64,000 nt of DNA from a virus. The position numbers and the translations under genes were made by a program. The notes below the pieces were generated by a model that did not search any database, was not told where the DNA came from, and worked only from the letters and a program-made list of their open reading frames with translations. Position 1 is the first letter of the stretch; each line of letters opens with the position of its first letter. The DNA lies in the IMG/VR virus record IMGVR_UViG_3300020470_001313, positions 1 to 64,000 of that record, one strand, 5' to 3'. Positions 1 to 6,927 of the stretch are shown in pieces.

Positions 1-641
1 GCACTAAACAGGGCACCACCAAACATACCCGCCACACCTGCCATGTGGAATGGATGCATGAGGATATTATGTTCCGCCTGGAAGACAAACATAAAGTTGA
101 ACGTGCCTGAAATGCCGAGAGGCATACCGTCACTGAATGATCCTTGTCCGAAAGGATAGACCAAGAAGACAGCGAAGGCTGCTGATACTGGTGCGGAGTA
201 AGCAACACAGATCCAAGGGCGCATGCCTAAACGATACGATAGTTCCCACTGTCTACCCATGTATGCTGAGATACCTATGAGGAAGTGGAAAATTACTAAC
301 TGGTATGGACCTCCGTTATACAACCATTCATCAATGGTTGCTGCTTCCCAGATGGGATAGAAGTGCATGCCTATAGCATTAGATGATGGAACTACAGCAC
401 CAGAGATGATGTTGTTGCCATACATTAATGAACCAGCAACTGGCTCACGGATCCCGTCAATATCAACAGGAGGTGCAGCAATGAATGCTACGATGAAACA
501 AGTGGCGGCTGTCAACAAGCAAGGAATCATTAATACTCCAAACCAACCTACGTATAGTCTGTTGTTTGTACTTGTTACCCAGTCACAAAACTCGCTCCAA
601 TTCGTTAGCAGACCTTGCTCTCTACGTTGGAGAGTTGTCAT
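1..641 (-). CDS. psbA: Photosystem II D1 protein, N-terminal part (runs off window start)
   Basis: Manual translation from ATG at 641: [40 protein letters not shown]...HFYPIWEA...[14 protein letters not shown]...[27 protein letters not shown]. Confidence 0.99.
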   Translation of the reverse strand, partial: MTTLQRREQGLLTNWSEFCDWVTSTNNRLYVGWFGVLMIPCLLTAATCFIVAFIAAPPVDIDGIREPVAGSLMYGNNIISGAVVPSSNAIGMHFYPIWEAATIDEWLYNGGPYQLVIFHFLIGISAYMGRQWELSYRLGMRPWICVAYSAPVSAAFAVFLVYPFGQGSFSDGMPLGISGTFNFMFVFQAEHNILMHPFHMAGVAGMFGGALFS

Positions 642-669
642 TTAAAAAAAGAGTGCGATTTGTACTTGT

Positions 670-712
670 ATGATAAGACATTATGACCCCGTGGTCTTGG
701 TTAGGGGGTATG
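670..712 (-). ncRNA. PhotoRC-II-like cis-regulatory RNA (H-type pseudoknot) in psbA leader
   Basis: Interleaved pairings ACCCC(709-705)/GGGGT(690-686) and AAGAC(698-694)/GTCTT(679-675) just upstream of phage psbA, where the PhotoRC-II motif is known to occur; family assignment from memory. Confidence 0.65.
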
Positions 713-844
713 TAAAAGGTGGTGATACATATGCTGCTTATACTCAGCCCCATTGTATCAGCGGGGGGACTTATTTGTGTTCAGAACTACCCAGCCACGC
801 ATAAATGCGATTCATCGGTTCGGTCTTGCCCTTGCCACCCAAGT

Positions 845-878
845 TATTTATCATAACAAAACTTCACAAATTTGTCAA
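845..878 (-). promoter_or_regulatory. Dual psbA promoter: sigma70 TTGACA-17-TATGAT overlapped with T4-type late TAAATA
   Basis: -35 at 878-873, -10 at 855-850, late box at 850-845. Confidence 0.8.
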
Positions 879-893
879 GAGAATAAATAAAAA

Positions 894-979
894 CTCTGAG
901 GGTAGGAGTTGAACCTACAAGTCCCGCCAGGAACAATAGATAAACGGTCTATCGCGTTTGCCAGTTTCGCCACCTCAGA
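894..979 (-). tRNA. Atypical tRNA, anticodon GTT (Asn), long variable arm, no encoded CCA
   Basis: TCTGAGG/CCTCAGA acceptor stem, D-arm GCG-AAACTGGCAAA-CGC, anticodon stem ATAGA/TCTAT with loop CCGTTTA, variable arm GTTCC-TGGC-GGGAC, T-arm GTAGG-TTCAACT-CCTAC, discriminator G. Confidence 0.85.
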
Positions 980-987
980 TTGAGGCA

Positions 988-1785
988 CTATGAAAGTGCC
1001 GAGATCATGCGAGTGATACCAATTCCTCCTCCAGAACGAGGGAAGAAGTCAAAGGAAAGGAAGTCTTCTAGTTCTTTCTCTACTCTACTTCTTCCAAACA
1101 AATCAATGATGAGTTGTGCATACTGTCCATCAGAGATGGTATAGAATGTGTCTCTCATTTGATCCTTGTCAGTGCTACGTTCAGCACTACCAATGGTTTC
1201 CATACCACCTAGGATCACATCAATCTTTTTACTAGTGCCATCATCATTCCTTGCCATGTTCCAGAAGGGTGATGTCCACTCAGGGAAGTCAGTAATCATA
1301 CCACGTCCAATCTTTTTCTCATGGTCATGGTCTAACTCTTTACAGTTAAACTTGTTAGTCCAGTCATCATAGGTCATGATGTCTTCTTTATCTAATGGTA
1401 GACCTAACCATTCACATAGTTCCCACTCCATGTCTTGAAGTTCTTTGACACCACCCTTCATTTCAAATTCAAACATGGGAAAGATGGTCTCGTGTCTACC
1501 TGGTACAGGGTTTGGTTCTGCTCTGTATGAAGTTGAGACACAGAAAAACCCTTCCGCTGAAGGGTTGGAAAGTAATTCATATTCTAACCACATCTGACCT
1601 GTTTGAGGGAGTGGCCAGATATTATCACCGTAATTATATGTTGCTACTGTCTCTGGGTCTTCACAAGCAGCAAGTATACTCAGTCTATTCTGAGTGTGAA
1701 CCTCTAGGTAATTTTTAGACAAAAAAAATGACCTCAATAGGTCAACAGTCTCACTATATTTACGAGGATCAATCAGACTTGTCAT
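988..1785 (-). CDS. Class IIb aminoacyl-tRNA synthetase-like protein (Asn/Asp/Lys family), catalytic core only
   Basis: Motif 1 LRSFF..YLEVHT, LPQTGQMWLE, motif 2 YRAEPNPVPGRH..FPMFEFE, ETIGSAER, motif 3 PRSGGGIGITRMI; 265 aa with no N-terminal OB anticodon-binding domain. Confidence 0.85.
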   Translation of the reverse strand: MTSLIDPRKYSETVDLLRSFFLSKNYLEVHTQNRLSILAACEDPETVATYNYGDNIWPLPQTGQMWLEYELLSNPSAEGFFCVSTSYRAEPNPVPGRHETIFPMFEFEMKGGVKELQDMEWELCEWLGLPLDKEDIMTYDDWTNKFNCKELDHDHEKKIGRGMITDFPEWTSPFWNMARNDDGTSKKIDVILGGMETIGSAERSTDKDQMRDTFYTISDGQYAQLIIDLFGRSRVEKELEDFLSFDFFPRSGGGIGITRMISALS

Positions 1786-1832
1786 TAATTTTTTGCAAAA
1801 CTAATCTATTTAGCAAGTCCGACTGTCTTTAT

Positions 1833-2099
1833 TTACTTTGTTAACATTTCAGAACCACCACCGATAGTATGCTTACCACTCTTGGTTGCTAGTCTATACA
1901 TTTTTTCATGTAAAGATAGTTCTGCCTCAACATCTTTAGGATCTTTGGCAATAGGCATAGCATCTAAAGGGTTGGGTGGTCTACCATAGTCATCCAGTTT
2001 ATCTGGATCATACTTGTATGAAGGATCAAACCATTCATCATAAGGGATTGTTGGGAGTCCCATATTACTTTGCTTTTCGTATAGTTCCTTTCTGTCCAA
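1833..2099 (-). CDS. Hypothetical protein
   Basis: 88-aa ORF in minus-strand gene run. Confidence 0.6.
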   Translation of the reverse strand: MDRKELYEKQSNMGLPTIPYDEWFDPSYKYDPDKLDDYGRPPNPLDAMPIAKDPKDVEAELSLHEKMYRLATKSGKHTIGGGSEMLTK

Positions 2100-2256
2100 T
2101 AGATTTTAGAAATGCCCTTGCTTCCTTTTGAGCATCAAATACTTTAGCAAACCGTGGATCTTCTGACCATGTAGTTTTAGATACAAGGTATTCAATAGCA
2201 CCGTCTACCTTACGTGTTGCGTTCCAAACGGACTCGTTGTTGGGATCTCTACTCAT
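2065..2256 (-). CDS. Hypothetical protein
   Basis: 63-aa ORF preceded by a TAAATA late box near 2280-2285. Confidence 0.6.
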   Translation of the reverse strand: MSRDPNNESVWNATRKVDGAIEYLVSKTTWSEDPRFAKVFDAQKEARAFLKSIGQKGTIRKAK

Positions 2257-2278
2257 GACTAATAAATGTAATCTTCAG

Positions 2279-2446
2279 CTATTTATCCATCCAATAGGCT
2301 TCATAATACTGAACGATACCTGTCGTCACTACCTGCTTACGAGACCACTCTTCAGCACAGGCATAGATGCTATCACGCTGTCCGTACTTCTTATATAAAA
2401 TCTTTATTGAATTTTGTTTTACGTCTTCTGCTGTTAGTGTTTCCAT
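2279..2446 (-). CDS. Hypothetical protein (55 aa, not in ORF track)
   Basis: METLTAEDVKQNSIKILYKKYGQRDSIYACAEEWSRKQVVTTGIVQYYEAYWMDK; TAATG coupling to upstream gene. Confidence 0.65.
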   Translation of the reverse strand: METLTAEDVKQNSIKILYKKYGQRDSIYACAEEWSRKQVVTTGIVQYYEAYWMDK

Positions 2447-2730
2447 TATCCTTGCCAAATCATATCAGGCATTGCCTGTGGTTGTTGTCTTCCTACCGTA
2501 AACATTAATATAAAATAAGCAAAGAACCATACGATATTAAAGATCCATGCTTGTCTGTAAAGGTACTTACGTATACCCATAGATATCATTACATTCCTTA
2601 CGTCCTGTGGATTGTCTTCATTACCTCTGGCTCTGAAGATCTGTTCTATCACAACAGCAACCAATGTTCCTACCACTAATGGATAGAACACAAAGTTTGC
2701 AAAGGACATGATGCCAATTAAAAAAGTCAT
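2446..2730 (-). CDS. Small membrane protein
   Basis: 94 aa, two hydrophobic segments. Confidence 0.7.
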   Translation of the reverse strand: MTFLIGIMSFANFVFYPLVVGTLVAVVIEQIFRARGNEDNPQDVRNVMISMGIRKYLYRQAWIFNIVWFFAYFILMFTVGRQQPQAMPDMIWQG

Positions 2731-2828
2731 AGTAAACCTAATGATCCTGCTGTAAATCCTACGGCACAGAAGAAACCAAATTCATACAGTGCGTAGTATG
2801 GACTATTGAAGAACGAATTGACCGACAT
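2727..2828 (-). CDS. Single-helix membrane micro-peptide (33 aa)
   Basis: MSVNSFFNSPYYALYEFGFFCAVGFTAGSLGLL; ATGA overlap with next gene. Confidence 0.55.
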   Translation of the reverse strand: MSVNSFFNSPYYALYEFGFFCAVGFTAGSLGLL

Positions 2829-2877
2829 TTGTATATGCTACTGCTACTAATGTTGCTGCGAATAAAATGAAATTCAT
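2803..2877 (-). CDS. Single-helix membrane micro-peptide (24 aa)
   Basis: MNFILFAATLVAVAYTNVGQFVLQ; starts right after upstream stop (C-terminal part of the track's 60-aa ORF). Confidence 0.45.
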   Translation of the reverse strand: MNFILFAATLVAVAYTNVGQFVLQ

Positions 2878-2878
2878 T

Positions 2879-3070
2879 TTAAGTTCCTGATGGTACAGGT
2901 ACAGCAATGGGTTGTCTAATACGAATACCTTTACCACCATCTTGATCGTCATCGTCATCATTGAACGCACGTAGAAGTAGTTCAATCAAAACAAGTGCAG
3001 CCATTGGGTAGAACACCCACAAGATTGCTACGATTGGTGAAACTGTATCCGTTACTAGATCGCCCATCAC
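2879..3070 (-). CDS. Small membrane protein with poly-Asp tract, hli-cluster associated
   Basis: TM segment followed by NDDDDDQDGG; preceded by perfect late promoter TATAAATA (3104-3097). Confidence 0.7.
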   Translation of the reverse strand: MMGDLVTDTVSPIVAILWVFYPMAALVLIELLLRAFNDDDDDQDGGKGIRIRQPIAVPVPSGT

Positions 3071-3116
3071 TACCTTTAAGTTTTGTTACGAGTAAGTATT
3101 TATACGTTAGAATATT

Positions 3117-3218
3117 CTAACTGAAATACTGTAGTTTGGTATAGATTGCTATACCTGCCCAGAAGAGCATCATAGTTGCTCTTCCATTCGCTCTCCAAAA
3201 GATATCTGCTTGTGTCAT
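3117..3218 (-). CDS. hli: Divergent high-light-inducible (HLIP)-like peptide (33 aa)
   Basis: MTQADIFWRANGRATMMLFWAGIAIYTKLQYFS; NGRxxM motif but the chlorophyll-ligating Glu is replaced. Confidence 0.6.
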   Translation of the reverse strand: MTQADIFWRANGRATMMLFWAGIAIYTKLQYFS

Positions 3219-3325
3219 TAGAAGATACCTGGAATGATTTGTCCTGTAGTGATGTAAGCACCTGTTGCTGCAACGAATCCGATCATTGCTGCCCAACCGT
3301 TAAACTTTTCTGCTTCTGGTGTCAT
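3218..3325 (-). CDS. hli: High-light-inducible protein (35 aa)
   Basis: MTPEAEKFNGWAAMIGFVAATGAYITTGQIIPGIF; AExxNGxxAMIGF and TGQIIPGIF signatures; AGGAG RBS. Confidence 0.95.
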   Translation of the reverse strand: MTPEAEKFNGWAAMIGFVAATGAYITTGQIIPGIF

Positions 3326-3402
3326 TGTTTTGCTCCTTTTGTTAGATTTAATAGGGTTAAAAAGTAACTAGCATTTGCTAGTGGTGTAAAAGACCTTGTA
3401 AA

Positions 3403-3603
3403 TTATACAATGCCTGGAATTACCCATCCAAAGACGGTGTAATTGAAGACTCCGATTACTAATCCCATCATCGCTAGGCGACCATTGGTTAGTTCGGCAT
3501 TCTTCCAGTAATCTACGTCTTCCATTACCTCAATACGAGGCTCCGCAGCAAACATATTCTGCTTGCCGTACTCGGTGGTGACGTATCTTGAACTTGAAGT
3601 CAT
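3403..3603 (-). CDS. hli: High-light-inducible protein
   Basis: AELTNGRLAMMG motif, C-terminal GWVIPGIV. Confidence 0.95.
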   Translation of the reverse strand: MTSSSRYVTTEYGKQNMFAAEPRIEVMEDVDYWKNAELTNGRLAMMGLVIGVFNYTVFGWVIPGIV

Positions 3604-3609
3604 TAGTTC

Positions 3610-3655
3610 GTTACGAAACTTTACATACTATATAGCATGTGTAAAGTTTTGTCAA
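3610..3655 (-). promoter_or_regulatory. hli promoter TTGACA-17-TATAGT with HLR1 (RpaB)-like direct repeat
   Basis: -35 at 3655-3650, -10 at 3632-3627; GTTACGAA-AC-TTTACATA at 3610-3627. Confidence 0.7.
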
Positions 3656-3683
3656 GAAAATGTTAAGGAATCCTGAACAAATC

Positions 3684-4280
3684 TTAAGATTTCAACTCTG
3701 TCTGTACGTTCTGTTGCATTGGTGAAAACTTACCCATACCATTCATGGGTGCGAACCATCCTGTTAAAATATACTTACTACCACTGATAGGTGGGTTACC
3801 TCTGTGTAAATGTGTCCATGAACCTGGCCAAATTAATGCTGTGTTCTTGGTAGGTTTAAATCTTTTCTTCTGATATAAGAACTCAGTCTCACCACCCTCT
3901 TCAACATCATTAAGATAGATCATCCATGCTAATGCTCTGAATCTATTAGACCATGCTACATTCTCAGCATGGAAACTATGATACCCTTCACATGGATCAG
4001 TCTTCTGAAGTATAGTTGTACCACTCATCCAGTCTGCTTCCTGATTCTTTAGGTATGGGAAGTCATCAAAGTATCTACCTAAACATTTACCGATAAGGTA
4101 TGAGTTAATTTCTTCTGCTAGTTCAGGCCAAAATGGTTCCAACGCATACTGTCTATCCTTTCTATGCTTATCGGATCTATGAGACCACTGAGCATACTGT
4201 TGATTGTCTATCAGTTGTGTTAACGCATTGAATATTCTCTCATCCAATACGTCATTGTATACTCTAATGAAATCATCCAT
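3684..4280 (-). CDS. 2OG-Fe(II) oxygenase (prolyl-4-hydroxylase-like)
   Basis: YHSFHAE, WMIYLNDVEEGGETEF, WTHLHRGNPP, KYILTGW. Confidence 0.9.
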   Translation of the reverse strand: MDDFIRVYNDVLDERIFNALTQLIDNQQYAQWSHRSDKHRKDRQYALEPFWPELAEEINSYLIGKCLGRYFDDFPYLKNQEADWMSGTTILQKTDPCEGYHSFHAENVAWSNRFRALAWMIYLNDVEEGGETEFLYQKKRFKPTKNTALIWPGSWTHLHRGNPPISGSKYILTGWFAPMNGMGKFSPMQQNVQTELKS

Positions 4281-4293
4281 AATTTATATAAAG

Positions 4294-4314
4294 AAAAGGG
4301 GAGCAGTGCTCCCC
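4294..4314 (-). terminator. Intrinsic terminator
   Basis: GGGGAGC-ACT-GCTCCCC followed by TTTT on minus strand. Confidence 0.75.
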
Positions 4315-4319
4315 AGTTG

Positions 4320-4380
4320 TCAGTCTTATTGTTGCTTTCGCGCTACAACCATCTAGATTATAGTCTATTGGCAAAGACGT
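4320..4380 (-). ncRNA. Candidate small structured late RNA
   Basis: TAAATA at 4389-4384, then GTCTT...AAGAC closing two inner hairpins, then terminator; no ORF. Confidence 0.45.
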
Positions 4381-4386
4381 TTTTAT

Positions 4387-4845
4387 TTAGGTAGTTTCTT
4401 CGTCTTCTTTTTTCTCTGTGTCTCCACCAAATACTATAGTATCTGAACTATCAAAACCATATGTGAATGGACTTGTCATGTCAACATCAGTATTAAATGT
4501 AATAACATCCTCAAGACTTCCATCAGGAACGAATGTTACATCACCACCTGCTGAATAGTTAACAGTATTTACAGCATCACCTGCTATAAAACCATTATCA
4601 TCTACACGAAAGTTATCATCTCCAGCACCACCAGGTACAGGGAATGTTACGTTATCAATCTTACCATCTACTTCATTCTCTGTTAGAAATATCTTTTCTG
4701 TTGCCTTGGGTTTAGTCTCAGCAATAGAACGAAGACCTAGATAGTGTCTCCATAAATCACCCAGAGTATTTTGATCTACATTATCATAAAGTGCCTGAAT
4801 AACAGCGTCTCTTGCTGCAATTTCTGCTTCTGAATACTTACTCAT
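4387..4845 (-). CDS. Hypothetical protein with acidic low-complexity C-terminal half
   Basis: 152-aa ORF; repeated Dx(V/I)(T/V)F elements. Confidence 0.7.
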   Translation of the reverse strand: MSKYSEAEIAARDAVIQALYDNVDQNTLGDLWRHYLGLRSIAETKPKATEKIFLTENEVDGKIDNVTFPVPGGAGDDNFRVDDNGFIAGDAVNTVNYSAGGDVTFVPDGSLEDVITFNTDVDMTSPFTYGFDSSDTIVFGGDTEKKEDEETT

Positions 4846-5114
4846 AGAGCCTCATTAAGTTGGTGGATTTGTTCAACGATTTGTTCACAGTCATCTCCTA
4901 TGCTCACAGCATAATGGAGTTCATCAATCAAAGCAGAGAGTGTAGCATGGAGTTGATCCATCTGCTGATCTTCAAGGAAGTTGAACATGTCTGGAGTACA
5001 GGTAGGCTTAGTATAGCACCCACCTTCATCGGTGTCAACCCTTGAAGTAGTCTTTCCGCATGTACCTTCCAAGAATGTTTGAGTTGTAGAAAGCAGGTGT
5101 TCCATCATCCGCAA
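4842..5114 (-). CDS. Hypothetical protein (true start probably near 4989)
   Basis: ATGA coupling at 4842-4845; N-terminal part overlaps upstream gene. Confidence 0.55.
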   Translation of the reverse strand: MRMMEHLLSTTQTFLEGTCGKTTSRVDTDEGGCYTKPTCTPDMFNFLEDQQMDQLHATLSALIDELHYAVSIGDDCEQIVEQIHQLNEAL

Positions 5115-5493
5115 CCTCAGTCAGTACATTATTTATGAATAACTGTCGGGTCTCCTCGTAGTTTACTTGACCCAATGTAGTATGTAGGCTAATTATTTCA
5201 CGCTTGAAAACGTTTCGTCCATACTTTGTAACGTCGTCTTTAAGTTCCTTAGAACTTCCGTAGTAGCGTTTCCAGTCACTCTCACTCGTAACTTTTCGTT
5301 TCCCACCTCTAGGCTTTCTACGACTGGTAAAGTATTTACGTCCGATGTATTTTTTGTTCGTGATTGTATTTGTAATACAGTAGACGTAACCGAAGAAACC
5401 GTTAATGTCGTTAGAAGTAAAAGTTGTACCTTGATAGGTCCAGGGGTTTTCATAATCTCCTTCAACCACTGAGGTCTTTGTGGTGGTCTCCAT
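5035..5493 (-). CDS. GIY-YIG family endonuclease
   Basis: GYVYCITNTITNKKYIGRK, YYGSS, conserved E and FYN. Confidence 0.85.
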   Translation of the reverse strand: METTTKTSVVEGDYENPWTYQGTTFTSNDINGFFGYVYCITNTITNKKYIGRKYFTSRRKPRGGKRKVTSESDWKRYYGSSKELKDDVTKYGRNVFKREIISLHTTLGQVNYEETRQLFINNVLTEVADDGTPAFYNSNILGRYMRKDYFKG

Positions 5494-5511
5494 CCCATGA
5501 TCTTCATTAGT

Positions 5512-6141
5512 TTATATTGAAAGGTTCATGATACAGATAGATCTAATTTCTCCTGGTCCTGTAGGACCGATAGCATGGAAGTGTTTACCATTAAAGACTG
5601 CTATCTTACCACGCTTAGGAGTTATACGATGTTTGATAGTAAGTTCTTGTTTATCAAAAACTGTACTACGATAACCTGCACCAACGGAGACGGAATTAAA
5701 ACCGCCTCCTTTCTTACAATAGTATATATCTATGTCATCATCGGGGTTCCATTCATCCTCAAAGACAAAGGTGTCACCAGTAGCATCATTAAGATACATC
5801 ATAAAGATTAGGTGAGGACACTTAGCATCTAGGTGTGGGTCTTGGTATTCGTATCCAGGTATATGATATGTGTTGTTAAGACATGCTCTAATAATACTTT
5901 TATATTTGATATCATTCTTCTTACAAAACTCATCCATGATCTCAAAAAAGAATGGATAAATTTCAGAGACAGGATTAACTTTCCTAATCTCCTTAGCATG
6001 ATCATTTCTTTCTACCAATAGGTGTTGGTAGTATGGAAACTCAGGTGATGAAGACTGAGTATGATAATAAGGTATACGATCTACCCTCTTGTCAAGGTAG
6101 TCAAGTTTCTCTAAGGGTATACCATTCTCATCTTCAATCAT
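5512..6141 (-). CDS. 2OG-Fe(II) oxygenase-like protein
   Basis: PHLD...YLND..GDT, FNGKHFHA, RSICIMNL. Confidence 0.8.
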   Translation of the reverse strand: MIEDENGIPLEKLDYLDKRVDRIPYYHTQSSSPEFPYYQHLLVERNDHAKEIRKVNPVSEIYPFFFEIMDEFCKKNDIKYKSIIRACLNNTYHIPGYEYQDPHLDAKCPHLIFMMYLNDATGDTFVFEDEWNPDDDIDIYYCKKGGGFNSVSVGAGYRSTVFDKQELTIKHRITPKRGKIAVFNGKHFHAIGPTGPGEIRSICIMNLSI

Positions 6142-6728
6142 GCTAATAAATTAAAAATACAAATGCTTCTATGCTCACCGATACCAGTACATCTATTGGT
6201 ATGATAATGCTTACCATTAAAGACTGCTATCTTACCACGCTGAGGAGTTATCTCTTTCTTAATAGTGAAGTGTTTACCTTGCTGACTCTGTAGATACATT
6301 CCCTTATCATTTTCAGGATAAGTCTCATCAAATACTACAGTGTTACCACTAGCATTATTAAGATACATTATAAGAACGTAGTGAGGAACCTTAGCATCAA
6401 CATGAGGGTCACCGTATTCAAATGGTAAGTGATAGGTATTGTTAATACATCCTCTAATAATAGATCTATACTTTAGATCCCACTTCTCCATGAAGTTATG
6501 CATGATAGTCCAGAAGAAAGGGAATGCATCAGAGCATGGTTCTACTGGTATAGTCTCATCAATCTTCTCGTTTCTTTCTACTAATGGATGTTGGTAATAA
6601 GGAAAAGACGGTGACGTTGACATGCGGTACGTGAAAGGCATGCCAGAAAACTTTGACTCAATAATAAGTAAGTCAGCTTCATTGATTCCATTAGGATCCT
6701 CCAGAATTTTGTTCAATGTCATATTCAA
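6138..6728 (-). CDS. 2OG-Fe(II) oxygenase-like protein (paralog of 5512..6141)
   Basis: PHVD...YLNN..GNT, FNGKHYHT, RSICIFNL. Confidence 0.8.
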   Translation of the reverse strand: MNMTLNKILEDPNGINEADLLIIESKFSGMPFTYRMSTSPSFPYYQHPLVERNEKIDETIPVEPCSDAFPFFWTIMHNFMEKWDLKYRSIIRGCINNTYHLPFEYGDPHVDAKVPHYVLIMYLNNASGNTVVFDETYPENDKGMYLQSQQGKHFTIKKEITPQRGKIAVFNGKHYHTNRCTGIGEHRSICIFNLLA

Positions 6729-6927
6729 TCACGATTTTTTTACTAGATCTACCCATGCTATTTAAAGTAGAAGTATGTTGTATAGTACCACCTATCTGAT
6801 CTACAATCTTTTCAAGTTTTTCCTTCCAAGTAAGTGGTTTAATACTATCTCCAGTGACTGTCGTACGACATTCCTCTGGTGTACATGCGAAGAAGATATT
6901 CTCTTCTGGTTCTAAGTTACCATGCAT
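6691..6927 (-). CDS. Hypothetical protein
   Basis: 78-aa ORF coupled to ho1 stop. Confidence 0.6.
   Translation of the reverse strand: MHGNLEPEENIFFACTPEECRTTVTGDSIKPLTWKEKLEKIVDQIGGTIQHTSTLNSMGRSSKKIVIEYDIEQNSGGS

Noticed and set aside
367-645. 92-aa plus-strand ORF
   Set aside because: Antisense shadow of psbA; the minus-strand frame is unambiguous D1
5035-5493. GIY-YIG gene as a mobile homing element or intron
   Set aside because: Short catalytic-domain-only ORF, free-standing, with no interrupted host gene or intron structure seen
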